This document shows, piece by piece, positions 48,991 to 63,600 of a stretch of 64,000 nt of DNA (its first letter is position 1; each line of letters starts with the position of its first letter). A program made the translations under genes and the position numbers. Source of the stretch: Phallusia mammillata (taxonomy: Eukaryota); NCBI GenBank assembly GCA_965637545.1, contig OZ281501.1:11470001-11534000 (forward strand). The letters are read 5' to 3'. Below the pieces are notes generated by a model. That model worked only from the letters and a program-made list of their open reading frames with translations. It was not told the origin of the DNA and did no database searches.

Positions 48991-51900
48991 ATGACTATGG
49001 GCCAATCAACGTATGTCGGCGCCGTAATCAACTGCAGTGATTTCATAAACAAAAAAAGAAAAAGACGGATGTACAGGACTGCCCGATTAAAATTGTCAGT
49101 GGGAAAGATGTCGGTTATTCTGATGTTTTGCATGTTTACTTACGTTTTGGTGGACGACCAGCTTCATGTTCGTTCCCGTGCCGAAAGGGTGGAAATAAGT
49201 AAGTTTAAGAACAAGAATAATTTTGGTCATTTTTTTAGTTTTGAAATATATGAGTTGTAGTAGAGGGCACAATTTAGTCAAAGAAGTTGCATTGATAACG
49301 CAGAAAAATCTCCGAGTTTTTACACCAACAATAACCAGAAATTCAAACACTGCGTCGTATGCGAACGAAGGACATAAGATTAAACTTAAGCATTGGGTAT
49401 CAATCTAATCCCCTGAATGTTTTTATGATGCCACACAGCCAAAACACTGTTTGTTTGGTCAATTTTGCGGCTTGTAATCTGAATAGAACCACAGATCGCA
49501 TTGCGTCTCTATAATTACAAAACAAGTCACTGGCCAATGCCTCGGGCGATTTTGACCGATTTTCCTCTCTGATTTGACCAATCGGATTGCTGCATATTTC
49601 ATGTGAACGTCATAACATGATAAACCGTGTAACTTGGTCCGATAATGTTTTTTTTTGTATCTTCGTTCCTATCAGACCTATATTTATGGTATTATTTTTT
49701 CTATGTGATTGCACTGCATTCAAATGCTACTTGACACTTGGTTTTGAGTTATGCATTGGCGCAAATTCAAATCATTTTGTTCTTGTTAGGGTATACGTTT
49801 GGCGTGCAAAAAACGCTTGCAATTACGAAAATCACGCTACGTTTGAGCTAACAAATGTCGTACAATAAAGCTAAAGTTTAACGTTGTTAGCCACATTTAC
49901 TTCATTTAGTAATTATAAATGGAGAATGAAAAAAATATTTCCTATAGATGTCCCAAGGGAATGGCTGGAACATTTTCGCCAGGAACGATCACTCTTGCTC
50001 AACAACATCACTTTGCCAAGTCCAACTTTGACTGATACTTCAACCGACCAAAAACATGCGATCGACAATCGTTTAAAGTTCGCCCCCGAGAATGATGTGA
50101 CACCTGAAAGCAACCAAGATCCATCTTACATGACTGACGAACAAATAATCGCATCTGCCTTGTCAAGTTTTCCCCAGGTGCGGTTTTGATTGGACATTTG
50201 AATTCTTGCATTTTGTTCCTTAAACCGTTAAAAAACGCCTAAATTGATTTTAATCAAATGCTGTGTCCAGCACGCTTACACAGTTTACAATGGTTTGAAG
50301 TGTATGATTTTTTGAACTAGTGATGCACCGAACCCGCCTAAAAAGGTTCGGGCCGAAACCGAATAAAACCGCATTTCTTATGGGTGTTTTTAACTTAACC
50401 TTGTGTTGTTGATGCAAGTGAACTCAATTATGACAAACCAAAATCAATTTCACAATGCGAAAGCTTCACTAAACTTGTAATATTTCGCAGACAATGTGGC
50501 AGGTATTTTATAGATACAACAAATAGTTAATTTATGATGTTTCGTATTGGCGAAAATGAAAGTCGGGGTATTAATTCCATGCAATCAAAAAAGTCCAACT
50601 TGTTATTTTGTAATATTTGTGACAAAAATAGGTCTCACATAGTCACAGGTTTGTATTTCGTTTACATGTACATATTTAGGAGCCGCCAAACGTTCAATTC
50701 ATCTTTCACAACAAATTGCCCAAAAGTGGAAGCACAACGATGAACAACATTCTAAAGGTCCTAAGGCGCAAGAACAAGTAAGCACCGGATGAAGTTTACT
50801 GATCAATTTAACGTAATTAGTCCCTCCCATTTTGGTGTGTCAGTCTGCGTCCGATTTTTGGGCGCCTTTTTAAGAGCCGCCAGAAGTTGATTTTAGCGCT
50901 AGACGCTTTGTCTGTTTACAATTACATAATGGTTGGTAAAAAGCTCCTGGCACTTTTTAATGAAGGCAGTTGGTTTACCTCAACTATTGCACTAATATTT
51001 TTGCGTTTTCTTTTTTAAAAATCTTGCTTCGGAACAATTTTTTGCACTTGAAGAGTTGAAATATTTTCAAGATTTTAAGATGTTGATCTTGTGTATTTTG
51101 CAGGTTCAACTTTCTTAAAGTGGATTCAGCAGTGACACCTTTTCACGATACTGAAGGTTTTGTTGAGTTTATGAAGGATAAGATCTCTCCTCCCTACTTT
51201 TTGCTCAAACACCATTACTGGCTAAATTTTACCAGGTTGGTTTGGTTGCGACAATGAATCATCACTGTTTTTTTTTCACATTAAAAGTTACAGCGAAAAA
51301 AAACACAAATTATATTTATTTTTGCGGCACACCTTGCAGGCTACAAACACATAAAAAATATTCACGCATATTAATTTGCAACTGTATTGGGGTATGCCAG
51401 TCTGCTTTCAGTGACAAATAATATCGTAACCATGGTCTAGCTTTAAAACACGTGTCGTCAAGTCTTAAAACATAAGATAGCAGTTACGCCCTCTAAAAAT
51501 AGTATGTTGCGACACAGTGGTTAAAAAACCTCGTGATTGAAAATTTATTATTAGTAGTGTCGCTTGTTTTTTGTTTACTTGGTCAAGTGGCGTAGTAAAA
51601 AGACGTTAATCACGAGTGCAAAATTTACCTAAGAGTGCCTAAGTTATGGAAATCCCTGACAAGATAATGATGAGACCAAGCCTTCTTCCTACGGATAAGG
51701 CATTTGTTCAGTAGCAAATCAGACAAACCCAAATTTCTTCTGAATTTAGATTTGATATCGATCAACCAACTTATATCAACGTGGTTCGGCATCCTCTTGA
51801 CTGGTTTACCTCACATTATTACTTTCACCGTTACGGATGGAAACGAAAACCTGGATGTCGAATTCAAAAATGCGGAATGTCTGCCGAAGATTTTAATATG

Positions 51901-53787
51901 GTATGTTGTTTACTTTGTTGATAACATCATTGTTAACAATCATCTCATTACAATGAAGTGTTTGACTTCGACGTAAATTAAACAATACAATCTTTTGCCT
52001 AAATCGAAAACGATTTGCCTAAGCTTCTTCAATTAGGAGATAGAAACAAAGTGATCAAATTTTACCGTATTTTTGCAAATAATAACCCAAATATGAACAA
52101 ACCACTAGCTTTGCAAGGTATGTTGTGTCATATTGTTCCCTAAAACTTGTATTTAGACTGTTGACGAGTGCGTACAGAAACGGCACAGGCAATGCATCAC
52201 ACCCTGGATGTACATTCCCTTCTTTTGTGGGAGCGAGAAACAGTGCATTGAGTAAGTGTCTGCTTCCTTCATATTGTCTTTATAATTGAGGTCTGGCCAG
52301 TGGTTTAACTGACGTTGTAAATTAGCCGCGGGCTATTGGCAGTTTCTAACCTACGCGTTTTCCGGAAACATGCTGGAATGAACACTTGAAAAACGCCTTT
52401 AAAACCCCTTTCGCAAAATCGAAAACGTAAAAAGGAAATCGTTAGCAAGGTTGTTTTGCTGGATTAAAAATACGCGTTTAAAATAGGCTATATGCCTGTC
52501 ATTTGTATTTCACAAAGAATTAAGATATCATATGAAATACCTAAATAATCCTGTGATTCTGAGCATTAATAGACAGAGGTTTGCTTGTCCCCGTAATCCG
52601 ATTTACTCGACACGGAGTTTCACCAAATCACATTTGTTTGGCGTTTTATGAATGAAAGTAACGTCATGAAATTTTTGAAGGTGTTAACACCTACTTTGTG
52701 GTTTCTGTATTGTACATACCACCGCATTGCACATACCGCTACCAAATAAGTTGACGTCAGCTTACTTAACACTACAGTTATGGTAAAAACATAAGCTAAC
52801 CAACAATTTTGTTTTATTGTATCTCTCAATTTTATCCTTAACACCAACAACGTTTTGCTCGTTTTCGTGTGGCATAAACTGCAAAAAATAAAATATCAAA
52901 CAAATAAAGAAAATAAAATAAGTCACTGTTACAAGTATATGCCCCATTAAACCTTTTTGCTACATCAGTGCTTTTGTCCATGTATCAAGTTGTTGTCCAC
53001 GTGACTTCTTAACTTTGCGTTCCTTATGACAGGATTAACAGCGCTCAGCAAAAAAGACATTCATTACAAATTGCTAAACAGCGAATGGCAAATGACTACT
53101 ACCTTGTTGGAATTCTGGAACAGTTCGAGGACACGCTTAAAGTTTTCGAACACTTGCTGCCCAGTTATTTTGATGGAGCCACTGACGCGTGGAGAGGCGA
53201 CTGTGAGTTGTTGTTTTTTGGTGTTTTTTTTTATTTTGTCAAAAGCATGTTTGTATAAAACAACGAGGCAAACAAACTCAGACAGAAGTACTGTCATGCC
53301 AAGACAGAAGAACCATAACAAATTGCAGCGGTTACCCTAAAACCGCGAGTATTCTCAAATTGTTCATTGCAAACCAACAATTTCTTGGGTTTACTGCTGT
53401 TTTATAAATCAGAAAATTTCTTGTGGTTTGGTGTATCACTGTGCTAGTAGGTTGGATAGTAATAATAATTCAAGCTTTGTTTTTCTTACCATATTGCCCG
53501 AAATTAACACACGGTAAAGCTAGTAACAGTAACTGCCCTGAATTCAATGGTGAGACCTTATGACACCAAATATTCACACATTTTCTATGTTTTTAGTCGT
53601 GCAAGGGAAGCAGAACCAGAGTCGAACCGTTTACAAGAAAGAAATGAACGAGGAATCACGAAATTTCTTCACGCACGGCCCACTTAAGTATGAAATCGAA
53701 CTGTACGAGTTTGCAAAGAAATTGTTTGCAGCAAAATTGCAAAAACTTGGAATACCGGCAACGAACGAAGTCAGGGATATATCGTGA
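48991..53787 (+). CDS. Uronyl/heparan-sulfate 2-O-sulfotransferase-like type II membrane protein, 8 exons, ~443 aa
   Basis: Exons 48991-49198, 49891-50177, 50680-50777, 51104-51235, 51750-51900, 52157-52251, 53033-53202, 53597-53787 give 1332 nt. TM segment SVILMFCMFTYVLV; 5'-PSB HNKLPKSGSTT; 3'-PB RHPLDWFTSHYYF; VGILEQF; YEIELYEFAK. Start ATG uncertain. Confidence 0.88.
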
Positions 53788-54676
53788 TGGTTGATTTGCA
53801 CATTAATTACGATTTGTTCCAAGTTTTGATAGATTCTTCAACATAGTTTTTATCTGGTCTTGAAGGTCTAGAAGAGCTCTCCCACATACAACCTCTATGC
53901 AACACTACCAGCAGTCTGTCTCGTTTAATCCATTCTTACGAGTGGTTAAATATGGATTTTAAAATATTTTTACATTAATGGTTGTGACATTTTATATTGA
54001 AGACTGCAATAGTGTTATTTATTGTTTTGTAAAGCTTTTGAAGCATTTTATTACAACGTGATATCAAAGTAACAGTATTTATCTCGTTTGAAAAAGCGTT
54101 TTGGTGTATTCGTCTCTGATCAAATCAAAAGAATACGTTTATCTTTTACTCGTATCGAGTAACTCGATATTTAACCACATTTTATTATCATTTGTTTTTA
54201 CCTATACACGTCAAAATGACATCTTCGTTGTGCTAATAAATCCTCGAAAAACACACATTTTAAAATATGGTTGTTTATTGACATTCGGTATATGGTTTTT
54301 ATCAACCATTTTTATTCACCGAACTGGAACAGCATGGTACAATATATATGTAGGTTAGTAGCATATGACGAAAAATTATCTACTTTTAAGTTACAACAAA
54401 ACAGAAAAGGGAAATATTTTCTCATTAAATATTGACGCTTGACAGACAGACTAAGACGGGTAAAAATATTTACAGAACAGCACTAGACATATAAACCGGT
54501 CAAAAAAGCAAACAAAGCAAATGAAATCTTTCAAACAATTTATAAATTGTTTAAGTGTAACTAAAGCAAAACACATTAAGTTCATGGTACAGCAACCTAT
54601 TAGCAATCAAATTGATAACCAGTAAATCAATGTATTGTTGAATAACAGCAATTATGCTCTTACGGGCCTTGGAAGT

Positions 54677-57600
54677 CTATGCTTTTTCTTCATTTATCGG
54701 GTAAAGGTAGGATATGTTTGCAGATTCGGGTGCGGTTCGTTTCACTCTCACAGTTCCGAAGTTCTCGCTCTTTCCCTTCAGACAAACCTGCTTGCTTACT
54801 GCCACAAAATGCACTGAATTACCTAAAAACAAAACAAGTTGACAAATAATTAAGAGTGGTACTAAACTTTAAATTTTAATTTGGCCATAAACCATCGTGG
54901 GTTCGAATTCCACCACACCCTGGATTTTTTCATTCTCTCCCTTGCCATACAGCAATTCTCGGATTAATTGGATATGACGCCTTTAATATATGCCAAGCGT
55001 ACTATATTATTTGTGTTGAAGCACACTGTGATCGTTGGTCTCCACATATGTTTAGGGCTAATCCCAGTCATAAATGATATTTTTAATTTTATTTTATGGT
55101 CAAACGCTAATTTATGGTCAAACAGGCAACCCTCCCTAATACGTAGCTGACATATGCAATGGCACTTATATGATTCAACTTTTAGTACAGTTACCATAGT
55201 CTCTGTAGCCGAATTGTTAGAGCGCCATTCTCGCATAAGTCTTTTTGTCATGGGTTTGAATCCCACCGCAGGTTAGTTTTTGTAGCTTGTGCCTTACCAT
55301 TTGGTACTTGCGATTAAAAATGTTTAAGAATAACAAAGGTTTAATAATTTCGACTGTTTTTTTAGTTTGAAAACCAAGCACTGCAATGATATTACCAAAA
55401 ATCAACAAACCTTCTGTGCTGGTGGATTCACCGGGCAAGTTTACATTTTGGGTAGATTGACTGCTGGGACTTGTGGCATCCATGCTGCTGTTTTCTTGTA
55501 TTAGGTAACTGCCAGTACTCGAATGTACGCGAGTAATAACTCGACTTCCTAGGCGACTGAGAGGCTTCAGTACGCTGGTTCGGATTGGACTAAACCAGAC
55601 ATTGCGAAGCTCAGCTCGACGGACAGCAGTCAGTAGAAAGATGAGCAGGCCCTAAAATTATGATCAAATAACCCGAATTTTATTTTTGTACAAAAAAGGA
55701 AACATAAGTTAACAAATCAGAGTTTTAAATCGGGCCAGGCTTTTTGGGTACGCCTTAGGCCCGCCTTTACACTATACCAGGGGTTCCCAACCTTTTTACG
55801 ATCTCGTACCACTTGGACGCTCTGTACTGCCACGCGTACCACTTCTGGCAGAACAACTAATTTGATCGAATTATATTTTATTCAAAAGAATAATATTGGC
55901 CTACTAAAATAACACTAAAGACCCACAATTATTTTGTTTTGTTAACTGTCCACCAATTGGTCAGCAAAACCAGATAAATAAATGATAAAGTTGTGAATCC
56001 AGGTTTTTGTGAAAAAAGAACGGACGCTACTCGCGTACCACCTGAAAAACCTTCGCGTACCACTAGTGGTACGCGTACCACAGGTTGGGAACCCCTGCAC
56101 TATACGAATTATTTTTGCCGCATTTTACCAAACACTTTGTTTAAAAAGAATAGGTCCGGCGGGATGAAGCTTCAATTGCAGGCTGCTTACAACTGTGTAA
56201 CGGATGTATTTGTATGTAAACAAATCGACCCAACATGAAAGTTTAGTTTTGGCTAACAGACTGTCGGACCGTGTTATTAGCTTCTACATAAACAAATTGT
56301 ACGTGAAATAACCCAAAAATTGCAAACCTGCAAACTACTGAAAAAGGCAAAAAGCCAGGACATGACCGTGTAGTAATAAATGTCATCCGAAACCAATGCA
56401 AGATATCCGAAAATCCAGGAAAATCCCATGACCGTTAGCATTGTGACTGCAATCGTAATTTCGCGATTGAAATCTTTCTTTGATGCCAAGTTTTTCGTCT
56501 GCCAAAAAAACATCAATAAATAAGGTGTTGTGTCATAGAAAATTAAACAATATGACAAGATAATTTTCCTCGGACTTGGATAGAAAGACTACAAGTGCTA
56601 AAAATAATCGTTTGCATGTATAGTTCCAGTTGCAGTTCATACTAAGCTTATAAACTTTATAAAAATATTGGTGAAGTCAACGAATTCACTTTTGAAAATC
56701 TTAAAGGCTGTAGTAATAAAACAGTAACAGTAAATGCGTCATTTTTTCGATTTAATGTGATTTGCATCTAAATGACAGAACGTCATAAACATTGCAGAAC
56801 GTTGTAGTCTAAAGCTAGAAAATATTTGTTCCCACAAAAAGTGTGCAAATTAATTGACTATGCCACTGTTCTGGCATTTTGTCACAATCTAGTGAATTTT
56901 CACGATATAAATATACATACAATAAGTCTTCGCTTGCACAGCTTGGCTATAAGCATTCCAAACAAAGTACAGTTGAATAGAAACAGGGAGATGCAGGGAA
57001 TAATGAATCCAAATAATTGTGGAGAGCCGGTGATCCAGCAAACATGCCGTGAGCGATACATTGTGTGGAGTGGAGACACTTCTGTGAACAGTTTAGGATA
57101 AATGGTATCTATAACCGCCGTTCCAACGATCTTATATTTTATTAAATTAAAAACGTGTTTCTCATCAAGAAACATCCCATTATGTACGGGTTGGGATATC
57201 GAGAGTTGGCTCAGAAGGCTAGTCTAAAACTTACGATTTTCGTTGGTATTCTTTGTTTGGTTGCAAATGCGTACTGGAATGTCTTTTTCGTCATTGTGCT
57301 CGTCTTTCATCGTGCTGCTAAGCGCCAAAGTGATGACCACTATAATAGCTGGTCCAGCGTATCCAACAACACATGCCTTTGCCACAAAGTTTTTGATTTG
57401 CTTTCCGAACACCTAAATCACAAACTTTTCAAATAACAGCAAAAATTACACACATAAATAATAGACATTTACGTTCGCCAGGAGTGAATATACGCAGTAG
57501 CTGTAGATTGCCATCCAAAACCAAGCTGACAGCAAAGTATAATGAAGGAGTGCGGAAATTCCGGTGCACAAACTTTGGTATTTTGCTTGCCAAACACCTC

Positions 57601-60600
57601 CGACGAACAGGGCGTAAAACACAGCCAACACAATGCACAAGTGAAGAAAAACTTGCGTTTGAGGAAGACTGCGCAAATTCCTAACAAAACGAAACTCATG
57701 TAGTCAATAATAGTTAAAAATCGGTACCATGAGCGCGTTAAAAGCAAGTTCCTCTGAGTAAGCGAGTTTCGTGTCTGCTATCAAGTATCACAGTTTTATT
57801 CCATACACGAACTTTTTTGGTATGGAAGTGTACTTTTAGCGGCGGCCAAAGTAAGAAAAAATGTAGCATCACGTACCTTGCGGAAAAGTGAACCATAATG
57901 GTCGCACACAGACCAAGCAAAGACAAAACGCAACCGGTAGTGCTGACAACAGACAAGGCAAAATCGGTTGGCACATACTTGTGGTTCTATATTGAACAAT
58001 CGAAATATTAAAAAACGCAAAATTTTGTCTATAGTTTTTTTTTTACTTACCACTAGCATGGCAAAGCTTGTGAGGTGATCTGACTTGCAAGTAGTTGTGC
58101 CTTCCAATAAACACATTCCTTTATTCGAGTATTCACCGGATATTGGGTCAATGTATACACACTTTAGTTCAGTGTGAAGATACTGCAACAAACATAGGTA
58201 TTTGTTCACAAGTTCTCTTTTTAAAATGTCTCGACCGTTTTGTATCAAATGTAAGCAACCACTTATGTCATGCTCGCTATCTAAAGTGAGAGCCTTCGTA
58301 TTTTACATACCTGTAGTCTTTTTTGGTAGTTTGTTAAAATTACCTTTGTTAGTTTCAGATCGCAAGAAAATAGGCTCTTAAATGAAAGTCATTTACAAAT
58401 TACACCCCAAATCGTTTACTTGACGACGGCGACAATTCAGTTGTGATATTAGGCCTAGTTGTTTGTGGGCGACTTACCTCAAGTTTTCCTGGTACTGCAC
58501 TTTTTTCACTCTTGTGATTCAATCTGGTAAAGTTAATGCTCACAGGTCTAGCCAATTTTTTAATGTTTTTGAGTTTTCCTACATCAGCAGACACAACCTA
58601 TGCAATAGCACAATTTAACACACAGGCACAGCGATTTTTCGGTTACATTATCTTACCCAGTCCGTGCCGCTTTCGTTTGCGTCCCTGCCTTTGAAAATGG
58701 AAACAACTGAGTTAGCTTCACCGCTGGTACGGTTCGCAATTTCATAAACTTCAGATGGTATAAATATGGCAGCAGGTTGAATGAATCCTTTCAAATTATT
58801 AGATGATGTGTTCAGCTGGTAAAACATGTCCAAAAAGCCTTGGATTGCGGAAACGACAGGTCGTGATACCTAAAAAGCAGAACAAATATGCCAACTTCTT
58901 TGTTATCTTCCGTATTTTTAGTTAAGAAAGTACACGCTATCAGCGCGGCTATGGGAATTAAACAGTGGTGGGATTCGAAATTTTTGTCAGCCGTATCTTG
59001 CACAAAAAATCCATTGACAGTAAGCAATAATGCTGACCGGTTCGCTGATCTCATAAAATGTCGTGAGACGTTTCTATGAAACCGTTGCGAACCGGCTGAA
59101 TCCCACCACTGGTATTTAAATAAGATTTTTACTACAGCAGAGCAACTTTTTACTACTGTAGCCTAAAAACAGCGCAACAGGGCAGCTCCAATCACAGATA
59201 TAGGTTGTTGCTGCTCAAACTTTGTTCAAACAAAAAATTCCCAATTGAACAAAGATCAGAAATCCACACAACATTTTCAGTTTACTGTGTAGCGTTTGTA
59301 CCAATGCCCCGGGAACAATCGCGTCTGTCCCTAATTTGCTTGCAGTTTTACCGCCGCTTAATTGCTATTATCTTTAACTCCCTTTCTTTCACTGTTGTGC
59401 GGTAAGTCACGTCCCTTCTGTGAGTTTTATTTCACCTGACGGTGACTGTAAACCATAAACTATATTTGTCGAATAGTTGTGATATTTTACAGAGAATACT
59501 CATAAAATAGTTTGGTTTGCTGAGAATATTTAGAACCATGCATTATGTACCTATACTGTAGCCTTGATTTTTCGCTAAAATCCAAGACATGTCGGGGAAA
59601 TTTCGGACGTCTAGTAAACTTACATCAGCTACCAAAGGTAAGCTTTACTAGTTATTTTTTTAACAGGTCTATAATTTGTTTACATGCCTTGTCCCAGATC
59701 ATTTTTTTTTCATTATTATCTATAATTTGTAACATCGTAGAATCACTTAATACATACTTTGATCTCGACCAGTGCGTAACTAGTATAGTTTAGATTCGGT
59801 TTGAAAACTTTTTAAGTACGACTGAAAACCTTTGAACTTTTCAACTTGTTAAAGTAGTTATGAACTGTTACAACTGGCCATAATGTTAAATGCAAACTCT
59901 GCTGCGATACAAATGCGGTGTGCTGGGGTTTAACAAGATAAGCTGTATTTTATTTGGAAATTAAAGTGAAGACTGTTCCAATTTCTGTGTAATTAAACGT
60001 GGGCATATAATGTCTGTTGAATGCACTTTGACGATGTTCTACAACATTTTCATGTTTTCGTAGTGCATGTTATGTTTGACTACGAACATTTTCGTAAGTG
60101 ACAAGTTTGACCGAAAATTGTAAAAAATCGCTATTAATTGCTTCTTTCATCTGGTAACCCTGGGTCGAACCGTGTTTGATCGTACCTGGATACATGATGT
60201 TAATCTTGTTTTGTGTTTGTGAAATGCACGTGCTTACAATTATAATATAAATGAAACACCTTTCCAGAAATCCTAATGTTGCGATGATTTTGCTTACATA
60301 AGTAAATTAATACCGAAAAAACTTACGACAACAGCCACGTTCTCGCTTTCGATGGTTGTGATGTCTGTGTTGTTGCCTAAAGTTAGGTGTGAAGCAATAG
60401 ACTGCAATGACTCAATCAAACCCGGTTGTCCACTGCTGTCGTTGTTTTTGATGTTGGCCGTAGAAACTGAGCTTAGTGTGTGAACGAGATTGCTCAAAAT
60501 TGAAGTAGAAATCTAAAAAGTTAATGGCAAAGTTGGTAATGTTATTTCAGTAATGGTGAAGATATTGTCTTTTAGTATCAATTATTTTTGCGAAAACCAT

Positions 60601-63600
60601 GTTTATTGATTAAACATCTGTTCCAAAAAATACATATATGGCAACAAACTTTTATACGTATAACACATATTAGGACAGTGAAAATGCGTTCTCACGTTTG
60701 TTTGAGATTTGTTTAAAACGTTGTTGAGATTCTGGACGAAATTGCCCACATTTTGGGTGTCGTCATGAGTTAGGTTTTGACCGGTGACAAGAAGAAGAAC
60801 GAGACTCGTTTGATTTTCGATAGACGACTCATTAGCTGCAATATTCTGTCAAAAAATTGCTCAATAGGTTTTGTGGCATGACTTGGTACGCTTGCGTATC
60901 TACCACTTCGCTGTCTGCAACACTTTTTGCATGGCTTACAACAGAAATAATAGTCGCCTTTACTTTTTACTTAGATCCTTTTAATCCGTAGCGTGGGCTC
61001 TTTAAGATTTTTTAGCGTTTCTCAGGATATGTCTCCATCAGTTTTTTATGTTTACGTATAGGTTACGCGGCTCAGATCATTGAACCAAATGCGTCCGATT
61101 AATTTCCAAACCTGATGTGTAACGCCACCAAGTGTTACTGTGCAAGGGAGTTCAACGTAAGAACCGCGGTCAAATGAAGCGAGATGTGTTGTCTTGGAAG
61201 TGCTCGTCCTACACGTTAATGACGCACGGTAACGACCTTTAAATAGAATAGTACTGTCACACATACGTTTGTATTATGACGAGTAATAAAAGTTTACTAA
61301 CCGTTTGTGCATTTTTCGACACTAAACGCTTTTTGGTCTATAAAGGTCGTGTGAAAGGTGAGTCCATTGATACTCTCAGACTTGCATGTTGCTAAAAACA
61401 ATGTCGCAGTTTTATGGTAATGACGATCTTAGAAGTGCACTTGTAATGTGATATTAATGTTTACGTCTTTAGCATAGTCTATATTTTATTACAGTAAGTT
61501 AGTTAGTTAAGTAAGAAACTTGTTGCATTGTTTTTACCTGTTACGAAACGTAAAGTTTAAATTTAGAAAAATATACCAGACATACAAGTAGGCGGCATGT
61601 TTCTATGCGAGCTTCAAGTTCCCAGCTATACATAAAAAGCTCTACCATGCAGTTACTGATGTGATCGCTTACCAACACATTCGTTAGTCCTGTTGTCAAT
61701 TTCGTATCCGTCTTTACAGACGCAGGTCATGTTCTTGCAAATTGCGTTGATCAAACATTTTGGAATGCACTGGTCTTAAAAAAACATTTGTGCACTTGTG
61801 AATATACATAAATCAATAAAGTTCCCGTTATTTTATTTAAAATAATAAACACGTGCACTATTTCATTATGCAAGTATTTGTTTTGGACCGCAACTTTCTG
61901 TCTAAGTAATTCAATCAAAATACTTGTTTAATTACACAATTACAGTCTATAAAATTAATATATTTTGCCTATTTATTTTAAAAAATAGAATAAATTGAAT
62001 GTTGCAGTGAAACAACACAATTAGGATCAAATTAAAGTGGGATTAATGCAATGTCTGTGCATAGGATCTACATCTTAAATAAGCTTAGATAAACCTATCA
62101 CTTGTGTTCAGACAAACAATGTACAAACTTACAGAGGCAACATATTTTACATTTATTGGCATTTTTAGAGCACAATCATCAACACATACCAATAAATGTT
62201 TGCAATCATCAACACATACCAATAAATGTTTGATATTTTACTTAATTTCCAGGCAATGTTCTTGTAACTTTTTTAAAAATATTTAAAAAGCAAACAGTTT
62301 CTGCACAACTAAATGCCCAACTCAGTTAACGCTACCTAAATTGGCAACGGGAATCTTCTATTACTGTATTTGTACCATATACCTTCACATGTCCATCCAT
62401 CGCCGGAATAGCCTTCATTGCATGTGCATGTGTAAGACCCATCTGTGTTCATGCATGCGGCGTTTTTGCTGCAATTATTGTTTTTGAAAGCACACTCATC
62501 AAGATCTGTCAACATTTTTTATTTTGCTTTTTTTGGCAGCCGTCATTTGTCAAAAAATGCGTTATAAATGTTTGTTAATATTTCACTTAATTTCCAGGCA
62601 ATGTTTTTTGTAACTTTTAAAAAATATTGAAAGCACACAGTTTTTGCACAACTACATGCCCAACTTAGTTATAACCACTTAAATTGGCAACGGGAAACTT
62701 CTAATACTGTATTTGTACCATATACCTTCACATGTCCTTCCATCACCGGAATAGCCTTCATTACATCGACATGTGTAAGACCCATTTGTGTTCATGCATG
62801 CCGCGTTTTTGCTGCAATTATTGTTTTTGGAGTCACACTCGTCAACATCTGCAAACAAATGTCCCTTTTTGTTCAACTTTTGCAACCGCAATTTATCAAA
62901 AAATGCGTTATATTGGTGACATCAATGATAAAACAGATGCAAATTAAAAACAAACAAAAATAACAACATATTTTTAGGGTTCTTGCATCACCCATCTTTT
63001 CATGTAATAGTAACTACGAAAATTAACAAATCACATACCTTCACATGACTTTCCGTCACCCAAAAAGCCTGTTTTGCACATACATGTGTAAGATCCCTGG
63101 GTGTTGTTGCATGTGGCGTTACTGTTGCAATCATTTGTGCTTTTAGGAGAACACTCATTGACATCTATTTACAGCCGCAACATTAATAAACAAGACCATG
63201 GAATTTATATTTTAACATTGTTGCATTTTCTATACCGATGGCTTCGAAACGTTTCATTATTTTATTTATAACTGGCTCTTCTTAACTTTTTTAAACCAGC
63301 TGTCTAAATTGAATGTATTCAGCTGAATATCTATTCAAGCATAATGAAAGCTCAACTTAACAATGATTCAAAAGCTGTCTTGCTTGTATTCACCAAAGAT
63401 GATCAGGTTGTTAACGTAACCAACCCAAAATAACCTGCAGGGAATATTGCTCGGCAAATTGTACCGATGTACACACAACTCAACGCTCCTATAACTGCGC
63501 CATATGATTAATATCATAGTTTACAAAAATATTGTGAGCTATTGGCGTTTCCACCGAAATCGCTTTGCGAACCCCAGTTTGGGAACCGTTGTTAAACCGA

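Noticed and set aside
55199-55272. tRNA gene
   Set aside because: A/B-box-like motifs are present, but stems do not pair and the B box is mutated; treated as a SINE relic.
59200-60300. Additional adhesion-GPCR exons between 60327 and 58815
   Set aside because: Candidate segments have in-frame stops or the wrong phase. The flanking exons join in phase directly, though a missed exon cannot be excluded.
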